Shown in pieces: positions 47,542 through 55,676 of a DNA stretch of 64,000 bases. The translations under genes and the position numbers were made by a program. Origin of the DNA: Candidatus Pacearchaeota archaeon (GTDB taxonomy: Archaea; Nanobdellota; Nanobdellia; Pacearchaeales; GW2011-AR1); assembly GCA_018221305.1 (NCBI GenBank), contig JAAOYK010000056.1, positions 26,863 to 90,862 of the forward strand. Reading direction: 5' to 3'. How positions within the stretch are numbered: position 1 is the first letter of the stretch; every line of letters begins with the position of its first letter. Below the pieces are notes generated by a model that was given only the letters and a program-made list of their open reading frames with translations, had not been told where the DNA came from and searched no databases.

Positions 47542-48180
47542 ATGGAATCTGGGAATCGGTATTCTGGTTCAGGGGGATCTGGAAGATCTAATCGAGGAAA
47601 TGGTAATTCTAGGTTTGGTTCTAATCGTTTTAATTCTAACCGTTCTAATAGCAATGGGTATAATGGTAATAGGTCTAACGGTAACTCTGTTAATGGTAAT
47701 CGGAAAGCTGATCGGCCCCCGAGGTCTAGGGGCTCTTCTGATACGCTTTTAAATCAGATTGTAACCTTTAGGATTGATAGTCATGTAAAATCCCGTTGGA
47801 GATTTGTGCCTTATGCTCAGGGGAAAACTTTCCCAGTACTTTTAGGGGATGTCCCTGATGAGCTTCATGTTGGGGACCAGTTTAATACAATTATTGCAAA
47901 AAGAAAACAAAGTTCTATTGAAGGAAAAACACATAAGACTCCGCACAGAACGTTTCAATTACGCGAAAATGGTTATATTGGTCATATGATTTATGATGAT
48001 TCTATGAATGTGTCAAATACTAAAACACTTGATAGAAAATATGTAAGGCAGAACTTGGTTTATCGGGTCGAAGTTGTCCAAGCCCCTAGTAGTTTTGATG
48101 TGTTTAAATTTCGGCCTCTTAGTTTTATTTCTCGCACGGATTCTCTTATTAATTGTCACTATCAGGCAAAGGATGATTAA
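47542..48180 (+). CDS. protein with an N-terminal G/S/N/R-rich low-complexity region and a C-terminal globular domain
   Basis: SGSGGSGRSNRGNGNSRFGSNRFNSNRSNSNGYNGNRSNGNSVNGNRKADRPPRSRGSS, then a 140-aa domain with no recognised motif. Confidence 0.4.
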   Translation: MESGNRYSGSGGSGRSNRGNGNSRFGSNRFNSNRSNSNGYNGNRSNGNSVNGNRKADRPPRSRGSSDTLLNQIVTFRIDSHVKSRWRFVPYAQGKTFPVLLGDVPDELHVGDQFNTIIAKRKQSSIEGKTHKTPHRTFQLRENGYIGHMIYDDSMNVSNTKTLDRKYVRQNLVYRVEVVQAPSSFDVFKFRPLSFISRTDSLINCHYQAKDD

Positions 48181-49316
48181 TTTTTATAACTTTTAATAAA
48201 ATCTTTTTTAAATTTAGAAAATGTGTTTGATTTGATATGCCCTCGTGCCTGTTGTATTATATTTGTTAAGAAGAAAAGGTTATGATATGAAGCAAGTTCT
48301 TTTCCAATGGGTTCTTGTTCACGAAGTAAAAATCTAATGTAAGCTCTTGTATAATTCTGACAAACAAAGCAATCGCATTTCTTGTCTATTGGATCTTTTG
48401 AATGTTCATATTTTTTGTTAAGAAGCTTGAGTGGGCCAATGCTAGTGAAAAGGGTTCCACGTCTTGCGTTTTGGGTCGGAAGACGAGAGTCAAACATGTC
48501 AACGCCTAAACCAATGGCTTCTAAGATTTCTATTGGAGAACCAATGCCCATTAAATAAATTGGTTTGTTTTCAGGTAAAATTGATTTCTGTAGTTTTACT
48601 ATTTTCATTTCTTCTTTCCAAGATTCGCCTAATCCAAAACCTCCGATTGAGTATCCATCAAAATTTAGTTTTGCTAAATCTTTTATTGATTGTTCTCGTA
48701 AATCTGGATGTATTCCTCCTTGAGTTATGCCAAAAAGTAATTGCTGCCTATTTTTTGGTTTTAATTTTTGTAGCTTGCTATGATGAATTTTGCATCTTTG
48801 TGCCCAAAGTGTTGTAAGTCTTACTGCTTCTTTTATTGAAGTTTTACTTTCTTCATACATTGGCATAGAATCCAGACACATTGCGATGTCACTATTTATT
48901 GCTAATTGTATTTCCATGTTTTTTTCAGGGGTCATAAAAATCTTGTCACCATTTTTTGGATTTTTAAAATGAACTCCAATGTCATTTGATTTTAGATATA
49001 TAGATTCACTGTACATTTGAAAACCTCCAGAATCTGTCACATTTATTCCATGAAAGTTCATAAATTTTCTAATTCCACCAAGTTTTTTTATTAATTTTTC
49101 TCCTGGGTTTAAATGAAGAATTAATGCATTGGAAATTATTACATTTGCTCCTATTTCTTTTAGCTGGGGGGTGTTAATGAATTTTGCTGCAGCTTTGGTT
49201 GCTACTGGCATAAAAAACGGTGTTTTGACTGTTCCAGACTTTGTGTGAAGCAGGCCTGTTCTTGCTTTTGTTTTTGAATCAGTGTGTGTTATTTGAAATA
49301 CTTTTTGACTTTCCAT
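48177..49316 (-). CDS. tgt: tRNA-guanine transglycosylase catalytic core (archaeosine-type in an archaeon), no PUA domain
   Basis: ARTGLLHTKSGTVKTPFFMPVAT, TDSGGFQ and the zinc site CDCFVCQNYTRAYIRFL. 379 aa. Confidence 0.8.
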   Translation of the reverse strand: MESQKVFQITHTDSKTKARTGLLHTKSGTVKTPFFMPVATKAAAKFINTPQLKEIGANVIISNALILHLNPGEKLIKKLGGIRKFMNFHGINVTDSGGFQMYSESIYLKSNDIGVHFKNPKNGDKIFMTPEKNMEIQLAINSDIAMCLDSMPMYEESKTSIKEAVRLTTLWAQRCKIHHSKLQKLKPKNRQQLLFGITQGGIHPDLREQSIKDLAKLNFDGYSIGGFGLGESWKEEMKIVKLQKSILPENKPIYLMGIGSPIEILEAIGLGVDMFDSRLPTQNARRGTLFTSIGPLKLLNKKYEHSKDPIDKKCDCFVCQNYTRAYIRFLLREQEPIGKELASYHNLFFLTNIIQQARGHIKSNTFSKFKKDFIKSYKN

Positions 49317-49372
49317 AGGGATATTTAAGAAATAGGTCTTTTAAGGGTTTTTGTTTACAGAAACATTTAAAT

Positions 49373-49573
49373 ATGTTGGTTACGAATCGTATACAGATGG
49401 TAACTAACAAAGAGACTACAGTTAAGGTCAGTAGATGGCTTGTCGAAGAAATTGATAAGTATGTTAATAAAAACATGAAAAATGCTTCTGATTTTCCTTC
49501 TAAACGAAATTTTGTTGATCGTGCAATTATGCTTTTACTTGAAGAAAAGGGGGTTAAGTTAGATGAAAAATAG
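49373..49573 (+). CDS. ribbon-helix-helix (CopG/Arc/MetJ-like) DNA-binding protein
   Basis: TVKVSRWLVEEIDKYV...SKRNFVDRAIMLLLEEKG has the beta-strand plus two helices pattern of RHH. Confidence 0.45.
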   Translation: MLVTNRIQMVTNKETTVKVSRWLVEEIDKYVNKNMKNASDFPSKRNFVDRAIMLLLEEKGVKLDEK

Positions 49574-49745
49574 ATTAGAACTGCAAGGAAGAATAGAAGA
49601 TGCACGTGAATTTTTTGAGCGTTTGGAGCATTTGAAGGGTCGAAATGCGGCTGTTGAAGATGTTAAGAGGATCTGTGTTGCACATCTTTTAATTAAGACC
49701 AAATCTCAAATTAATACTCAAAATTCTGTATTACGTAAACATTAA
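49563..49745 (+). CDS. small hypothetical protein overlapping the RHH gene stop (ATGA)
   Basis: 60 aa with translational coupling to the upstream RHH gene. Confidence 0.3.
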   Translation: MKNRLELQGRIEDAREFFERLEHLKGRNAAVEDVKRICVAHLLIKTKSQINTQNSVLRKH

Positions 49746-49773
49746 TTATATCGCTAAGAGCGATATAAATATA

Positions 49774-49894
49774 TGAGCCTACCAGGATTTGAACCTGGGA
49801 CCCCTGCCTTTCTTAGCAGATGCTTAGAAAATACATTTCTAGTGAAACATACTCTTATAAGAGCAGTGCTCTGACCTGACTGAGCTATAGGCTC
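49774..49894 (-). tRNA. tRNA-Ile (anticodon TAT) with a ~46-nt intron, assuming the canonical 37/38 intron position
   Basis: Reverse strand: acceptor GAGCCTA/TAGGCTC, D-arm GCTC..GAGC, anticodon stem CTGCT...GGCAG, loop 5' part CTTATA followed by an AT-rich insert, T-arm CCAGGTTCAAATCCTGG. Confidence 0.55.
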
Positions 49895-49921
49895 ATATTT
49901 ATATTATTGCAATATTAGCAG

Positions 49922-49930
49922 CATTTTTAA
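49922..49930 (-). promoter_or_regulatory. TATA-like tttaaaaatg about 30-38 nt upstream of tRNA-Ile
   Basis: Followed by caataatataaatat immediately upstream of the tRNA. Confidence 0.3.
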
Positions 49931-50004
49931 ACCTTATTAAATGAACAAAAATCAAAATCTTTATAAACTGCGAAGTATATATTCAAATGTAAAAAGAGGA
50001 AAAA

Positions 50005-50391
50005 ATGGCACGAAAAAAAGTTTCTAAAAAGAAGACCAAACGATCTGGTAAGAAGGGTAAGCATCATGATAGTAAAGCAGATGTAAAAAAAGATAATGAA
50101 AAATTGATGGCTTTTGTTGCTGTATTTTTTACAATCATTGGATTTATTGTTGCATTAATTATTAGGCGTAATGATAAATATATAATGTATTATGCAAAGC
50201 AAGGCTTAGTGTTATTTATTGCATTTGTTCTTGTGGGTATTATTGGAAGTTTGCCAGGTCTTGCTTGGCTTAGCGGAATTCTTTGGATATTAGTTATTGT
50301 ATTGTGGATTATTGCATGGATTAATGCTATTTCTGGACAAGCAAAAAAGACTTTTATTATTAGTGAGATTGCTGAAAAAATTGATCTGTAA
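50005..50391 (+). CDS. small membrane protein with a Lys-rich N-terminal tail (MARKKVSKKKTKRSGKKGK)
   Basis: 3 TM helices. N-terminus resembles that of 11630..11896. Confidence 0.4.
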   Translation: MARKKVSKKKTKRSGKKGKHHDSKADVKKDNEKLMAFVAVFFTIIGFIVALIIRRNDKYIMYYAKQGLVLFIAFVLVGIIGSLPGLAWLSGILWILVIVLWIIAWINAISGQAKKTFIISEIAEKIDL

Positions 50392-50435
50392 TAATACTCA
50401 ATAAGGTTTATATGTTTTGAAGTTCTTTAATTATT

Positions 50436-50630
50436 ATGAAATTAAGTCTATTGAAGCGTCTTGCAGATACTTGCGCAAAAGATTCTGTAGAAATTGGTCA
50501 ACTGGAACATCATGTGCCTAAGTATGTGCAAAAAGTTTCTAAGCAAAATAGAAAAACTGCAGGTCAGGCAAGGCGGGCATCTTACTGTGCTCACAAAATG
50601 CCTGCAAATTATAAGGGATTACTTGATTAA
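50436..50630 (+). CDS. hypothetical small protein
   Basis: 64 aa. Confidence 0.25.
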   Translation: MKLSLLKRLADTCAKDSVEIGQLEHHVPKYVQKVSKQNRKTAGQARRASYCAHKMPANYKGLLD

Positions 50631-50632
50631 AT

Positions 50633-50869
50633 TTACATTAATTCTCTAATTACTTTGTGTGTTCCTATTAGGATTATAAGTCCAACAAGGGTAGACGCCC
50701 ACAAACTTAAGGCAATATTTTTTGGGAAAACATAAATGTCCCATAATCCCCAAATTCCTCTCCAAAAAGAAATAACTGCAAATCCAATTATAAGTGCATA
50801 AAGTATCTTTTCAGTTTTTTTTAAATCTCTTTTAAGCGAAGGTTTCTCCTTTCTTTTCCTCTTTTTCAT
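50633..50869 (-). CDS. small two-TM membrane protein with a basic N-terminus
   Basis: 78 aa. Confidence 0.3.
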   Translation of the reverse strand: MKKRKRKEKPSLKRDLKKTEKILYALIIGFAVISFWRGIWGLWDIYVFPKNIALSLWASTLVGLIILIGTHKVIRELM

Positions 50870-50923
50870 ATTTTTATAAGAAATTTATTATTTATAAACC
50901 TTTTTTATCTCTAATTTTGCAAA

Positions 50924-51484
50924 TTATTTAAATTTAAATACATAAATCATTCTTCCGAATGGATGAGTATTAAAAATACGATTTAAAATTTTTTTAAGTT
51001 TTCCAACTTTTTGAAAGGGGACTGAAATCTTTTTTATAGGTTTGACTCCCAAGGTCCAATCTTTTATGATTGCATTATTAATCTTGTTATGATTTTTATA
51101 TTTAGATTTTGTCCATTTATATGGAAAACTAAGGATCGCGTATTTTGAGATTCTCATAACCTCACGAAAAGCCTGTTTTTGCCTTCCATCTAAATGTTCC
51201 CAAACTTGTAATGCAATAAATAAGTCGTATTGTTTGTCTTGTATTGGCCAAGGAACAATCCCTGCATCTTGAGGATATTTAATGCCTTTTAGATGATTAT
51301 CACAATCCATAATGTCTGAGCCTGAAACAAAAGGCGCTCGATAAGGTCCAAGTTCTAAAACATTACTCGGTTCAATCTTTTTAATAACTTCAATAACTTC
51401 TTTAAAATACTTCCACCGCCCCCTATAATATTCATCAGATTCTCCAAGCCTTAAATATTCCTCATGGGTTAATAATTTCATCAA
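50924..51484 (-). CDS. class I SAM-dependent methyltransferase-like protein
   Basis: VLELGPYRAPF (degenerate motif I) and DLFIALQVWEHLD (motif II/III). Confidence 0.45.
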   Translation of the reverse strand: MMKLLTHEEYLRLGESDEYYRGRWKYFKEVIEVIKKIEPSNVLELGPYRAPFVSGSDIMDCDNHLKGIKYPQDAGIVPWPIQDKQYDLFIALQVWEHLDGRQKQAFREVMRISKYAILSFPYKWTKSKYKNHNKINNAIIKDWTLGVKPIKKISVPFQKVGKLKKILNRIFNTHPFGRMIYVFKFK

Positions 51485-51540
51485 AATAGTGTTGTATCTT
51501 TGATTTATAAACTCTTATCAATAAGTTTAAAAAGCAAAAT

Positions 51541-51550
51541 TTTTTATAAA
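51541..51550 (+). promoter_or_regulatory. TATA-like tttttataaa about 32-41 nt upstream of tRNA-Glu(TTC)
   Basis: Same box type as the other tRNA promoters. Confidence 0.3.
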
Positions 51551-51581
51551 GAGTATTAGTTTCTTTTAAACAAACTAATCT

Positions 51582-51654
51582 GCCCCTGTAGTGCAGCGGC
51601 CAAGCATCCGGCCCTTTCGAGGCCGTGACCCGGGTTCGAATCCCGGCAGGGGCA
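51582..51654 (+). tRNA. tRNA-Glu (anticodon TTC); putative integration target (attL)
   Basis: Acceptor GCCCCTG/CAGGGGC, anticodon stem CGGCC/GGCCG with loop CTTTCGA, T-arm CCGGGTTCGAATCCCGG. Its 3' end cggcaggggcat is repeated at 59397-59408. Confidence 0.8.
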
Positions 51655-51731
51655 TGTCTATATTATGATTAAAAAGTGGGACTCGGAATTTGTATAGAAA
51701 ATACTAAAAAGTACTAATTCTCTAATAAGCT

Positions 51732-52346
51732 ATGGCTTTTAATTGTGAAGTTTGTAAAGAAGAAATAACCGAAAAAGAAAATAATTATTCTACAAAAAAC
51801 TGCGGAAGACCATTATGCAGGAAACATCAGCATACTAAAAATAACAGCATGTCAAAAAAAGATATGTATTCTAAAGAAAATATGATTAAAGGAAGGATCG
51901 CTGAAACTTTAATCGAAGAACTCTTTCTTTATTTAGGATATAATGTATTCAGATATGGTATGGAAAATACAGTTCCGGGGGTCATGGGCTTATTAAAGGG
52001 AGTAAGAAGCGATGTTGCAGATAATATAAGACGTATGCCAGATTTTGTTATACAAAGCAATAGTGGAGAAAACAAAGGGGAAGTATATTTTATTGAAGTG
52101 AAATTTAGAGCAAGTGAAGAATTTTCAATAAAAAACCTACCAAAAAATTATCCTTTTGAAAATTGCTATTTTATTCTTGTTTCAAAAAAACATATCAAAT
52201 GCATTTCCTACAAAGAACTTCAAGCTGGAAAAGTGATCAGTCCAAAATCTCAAAATTATCTTGGAAGCCGAAAAGAATTTGCATTAGATAAAAAGGTTAT
52301 AATCGAATTTTGTAATTTTGCAGTTAAGTTTTTTGAGAATGTTTAA
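51732..52346 (+). CDS. N-terminal zinc ribbon fused to a PD-(D/E)xK (restriction-endonuclease-fold) nuclease-like domain
   Basis: CEVCKEE...CGRPLC ribbon. Core AETLIEELF...MPDFVIQSNSGENKGEVYFIEVKFR supplies E, PD and E-V-K in canonical order. Confidence 0.45.
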   Translation: MAFNCEVCKEEITEKENNYSTKNCGRPLCRKHQHTKNNSMSKKDMYSKENMIKGRIAETLIEELFLYLGYNVFRYGMENTVPGVMGLLKGVRSDVADNIRRMPDFVIQSNSGENKGEVYFIEVKFRASEEFSIKNLPKNYPFENCYFILVSKKHIKCISYKELQAGKVISPKSQNYLGSRKEFALDKKVIIEFCNFAVKFFENV

Positions 52347-52384
52347 AAATTCATAAGAATTTAGAGGTTTATTAAGAAAAAACA

Positions 52385-53254
52385 CTAGGCAGTAATTAAT
52401 TCTTTTTTAGAGATCATAAAATTTATCTGGGGTTTCGGCTTTACAAATAATTTAGAAGTTTGAGTATCGTATAATTTTTTTGTTCCATATTTTATATGAT
52501 ATTTAATTCCTCTTTTTTTACAAAAATTCTCAACAATCTTTGCACATCTTTCATAAAATTCTTCATTCTTGTTAAATGCACTACTCTTAACATTATAATT
52601 TAATTTACCAAAGATTATATTATTAACAAAAGAGATCTCATTCAGTAATTTGATTAATGCTTGAAATGGATTTTTTTCTTTACTAATGTTTGGAGTAGGA
52701 TAAGGTTCCATACTAACCCAAGTTTTTAGTCCGGCTTTATGTAATCTTTTTAGAGATTTAATTCTTCCACGATAAGGGGCACTATTTGGTTCAAACCGAT
52801 TTTTAAATTCTTTATTTAAAGATACTAAGGTAATCCCATATTCATTATTCCTACTATATTTTTTAATATCCTTTAGATTTGTAGGATATATTCCTTTGGT
52901 TAAAACAGTACATTTAATCCCATTAACATTTAATTTATTAATTATTTTCAAAGTCATATCAGTAACTTCAGGATATTTATACATAAATGGATCTGTAGTA
53001 AAACACAAATGAACAAATTTTATTTCATCCTTATATTTTGGAATTTCTTTATCTAAAAGTTCTAATGCATTTTTAACAAGTTTTGGTTGTTTCCACCCTT
53101 CAAAAGATTTAACTTTTCCAAATCTTCTTGCCATATTATATGCATAACAAGGGAATGTGCATCCATGAGAACAACCTTCAACATGATTTATACAAAAGTC
53201 TGCATACTCAACCTTACTCTTATACAATAAGCTCTTTCTAGTAACTTTCTTCAT
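52385..53254 (-). CDS. three-Cys-motif radical-SAM-like / phage Gp37-Gp68 (DUF5131)-like protein, the expected partner of TcmP
   Basis: N-terminal YADFCINHVEGCSHGCTFPCYAYNMA has a clustered Cys motif ending in CYA, as in Gp37/Gp68 and SplB-type proteins. 289 aa. Abuts the tcmP-like gene on the same strand. Confidence 0.4.
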   Translation of the reverse strand: MKKVTRKSLLYKSKVEYADFCINHVEGCSHGCTFPCYAYNMARRFGKVKSFEGWKQPKLVKNALELLDKEIPKYKDEIKFVHLCFTTDPFMYKYPEVTDMTLKIINKLNVNGIKCTVLTKGIYPTNLKDIKKYSRNNEYGITLVSLNKEFKNRFEPNSAPYRGRIKSLKRLHKAGLKTWVSMEPYPTPNISKEKNPFQALIKLLNEISFVNNIIFGKLNYNVKSSAFNKNEEFYERCAKIVENFCKKRGIKYHIKYGTKKLYDTQTSKLFVKPKPQINFMISKKELITA

Positions 53255-53293
53255 TTTTCACCTTTTTATATGAATATAATGGAAGCCTCATTT

Positions 53294-54418
53294 TTATATG
53301 TTGTTATTTAAATTGTTAAAATCGATAATTGTTTTTCCCGGAGGAAATACGCCCCTTCTATTCTGCCCATTTCTCTCAACAGAAATCTTTTTATCTTCTT
53401 CCATTTCAGTAAGAACAACCCTAGCATGTTTATCTAAAAAAGATGTTTTAACAAGTACGTAGTCGAATACTTCTTCAACATCTACTTTCTTAAATTTAAA
53501 TTCTTCAACAATTTCTTTTTGCAACCGATTATAATCCGGTTCATTAGAGAATAAAACTGATTGATTGGGATTGTAGGTAAAATCCGAAAAAGTAAATTCT
53601 CCACTATCATCTACAGACCACATAGCTTCCTTCATTTTTTTTAATCCCAATTTATTCTTTGTGACAAAAAAAAGAACATAATCTTTCTTATTGAATTTAT
53701 TAACCATATCAAATGTTCTAATATAACATTCCCCTTCGCAAGAATTACGTAATTGTTTTTCGTATAAAGATACTAAAAATAAATATCTTTCTTTCGGTGT
53801 TTTATAATTATGAACTTCTTTCCATTTAGATTCTTCTCCAAATAAAGCGCATACATTTTTTTTATTTTGAGGAAGAGAAATAAATCGAATTAATTCCTCG
53901 TACATAAAGTTAATGAGTACTTCACAAGACTTTTTATTCATCATACGACTAATAGTATTCAAGGATAATCCTTTAATACCAAAAGGATCTATGAAGCAAA
54001 AAGTAGGAGCTATATTCTTATTATCTTTCTCTAATTCATTAAGAATATTATTAACCACTGTTTCAAATTCTGCATTGATTGTTTTTATCTTAAGATTTTC
54101 TTTAGAATAGCTTTTTAATTTTTCATTTAAATATTCTATTACTTTCTTTTCCTTATCTACAAAAATAAAACTTACTTCCTTTATTCTTTCTTTTAGTGAA
54201 TGTTCTAAATAACAATCAATTGCTATTATTGGTGAACCTTTAACTTTTTCACCTTTTTTAGTAAGATATTCTCCAGGTCCAGCAAAACCATCAAGATAAA
54301 TTATCCTCTTATTAGTTGAAGATAAAATAGCCATCCAAGGTTGAAGATACTTTCGAAGAATTTCATGTTTAGCAGAAGTATGGGGGTCAATTAGCCAAGG
54401 AATTTTTTTGATTTCCAT
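53294..54418 (-). CDS. tcmP: three-Cys-motif partner protein (TcmP)-like protein
   Basis: N-terminus WLIDPHTSAKHEILRKYLQPWMAIL and IIYLDGFAGPGEY (SAM/nucleotide-binding-like DxFxGxG) fit my recollection of the TcmP family. Size (374 aa) and adjacency to a three-Cys protein match the described pairing. Confidence 0.45.
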   Translation of the reverse strand: MEIKKIPWLIDPHTSAKHEILRKYLQPWMAILSSTNKRIIYLDGFAGPGEYLTKKGEKVKGSPIIAIDCYLEHSLKERIKEVSFIFVDKEKKVIEYLNEKLKSYSKENLKIKTINAEFETVVNNILNELEKDNKNIAPTFCFIDPFGIKGLSLNTISRMMNKKSCEVLINFMYEELIRFISLPQNKKNVCALFGEESKWKEVHNYKTPKERYLFLVSLYEKQLRNSCEGECYIRTFDMVNKFNKKDYVLFFVTKNKLGLKKMKEAMWSVDDSGEFTFSDFTYNPNQSVLFSNEPDYNRLQKEIVEEFKFKKVDVEEVFDYVLVKTSFLDKHARVVLTEMEEDKKISVERNGQNRRGVFPPGKTIIDFNNLNNNI

Positions 54419-54621
54419 AAATTTTTAGAACAAATATTCTTTATAAACCCCACTCTAAAACAAGGATAAATAATAAGCTATTTTTATCTTTTCCCCCTTA
54501 GCCCCCTTTCCCCCCATAGTATCTATGTATGTTTATACATATATACAGAGCACGATTTAGTGACTCTTTTGAGGCATCCCAACGTCGATGAAACTCCTTT
54601 TACACCCTAAAAATCTGGGTG

Positions 54622-55674
54622 TTAGATTTTCATTAATTTTTTAAGCTTTTTTCGCATATCTCTCCGTTGGGTGCACAATCCAAATTTTGAATATGCTTTA
54701 TATAAATCTCTATTAGAAACTACAATCATCCATCTTCTCCCATACCTATTTTTTAAAAATTCTATTTTATCCTTTAATTGTTTCTTTTTTCTTAATAAAC
54801 TGCCTGTTTCAACCTCTATTGCATATTTTTTAGATCTTATCTTAAATGTTATATCTGCATCTCGAGTATCATGATCTATTATTTTTTCAGTTTCTAAACA
54901 CTCTAATAATAATTGTTTGACATTCCAAACAAGAAAGGTGTGAGTTGCAGAATGATTTAAAATTTGCTTCACCAATACAGGAATTATTTTATTTTCGAGA
55001 ATACAATATTCATTAACTTGAGAAAATCCTTCTTCTTTCAAAACTTCAATCTCTTTTTCAGATAAATCCTCTTTTTTGAAAACTTTTTTATCATGTATAT
55101 CTAAATCTTCTTCTATTTTTTGTTTTATGTCCCTTTGTTTTGCTTCTAGATCTCTTTTTTCTCCTTCTAATTCAGAAACCTTTTTTTCTAATTCATAATT
55201 TTTTTCATAAATCTTTTCTAATTTTTCTTTATTTTTTGTTTTTATAAGAACTGCTTCTGCCTCTTTTACTTTTTTCTTAATTTCATTTTTATAATTCCAA
55301 AACCTAGATTCCAGAAACTTATCAGATCCTAGTTCCTCAATAAAACTCTCTAATTCTTTAGAGGTTAAGTATTCAAGATCTTTGTTAAGATATTTCTCGA
55401 CATATTCTTTATCTTGTTTTATTTTCTTTTTTCTCTCTTCTTTTTGTTTTGCAATCTTAAGGAGATAAACATGTAATTTATAATTAAGATAAATAAGAGT
55501 AATTAGGAAAATACAAATCATAACTAACTGAAAAATTAAGTTATGAATAAGATTGTTTAAACGCCCTGGAATTTTAGGGATTTCTTGTATTATTCCCATA
55601 ATAGCTTCATAGACCACATATCTTAGAAAAAGAAAAAATAAAATTGCAAGGATAACAAATTCATCTTGCTCCAT
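54622..55674 (-). CDS. membrane-anchored long coiled-coil protein with a C-terminal PD-(D/E)xK-like nuclease domain
   Basis: Two N-terminal TM helices and ~150 aa of E/K heptads. C-terminus has HSATHTFLVWN...IIDHDTRDADITFKIRSKKYAIEVETGS, a D...D...E.E arrangement. Confidence 0.35.
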   Translation of the reverse strand: MEQDEFVILAILFFLFLRYVVYEAIMGIIQEIPKIPGRLNNLIHNLIFQLVMICIFLITLIYLNYKLHVYLLKIAKQKEERKKKIKQDKEYVEKYLNKDLEYLTSKELESFIEELGSDKFLESRFWNYKNEIKKKVKEAEAVLIKTKNKEKLEKIYEKNYELEKKVSELEGEKRDLEAKQRDIKQKIEEDLDIHDKKVFKKEDLSEKEIEVLKEEGFSQVNEYCILENKIIPVLVKQILNHSATHTFLVWNVKQLLLECLETEKIIDHDTRDADITFKIRSKKYAIEVETGSLLRKKKQLKDKIEFLKNRYGRRWMIVVSNRDLYKAYSKFGLCTQRRDMRKKLKKLMKI

Positions 55675-55676
55675 CC

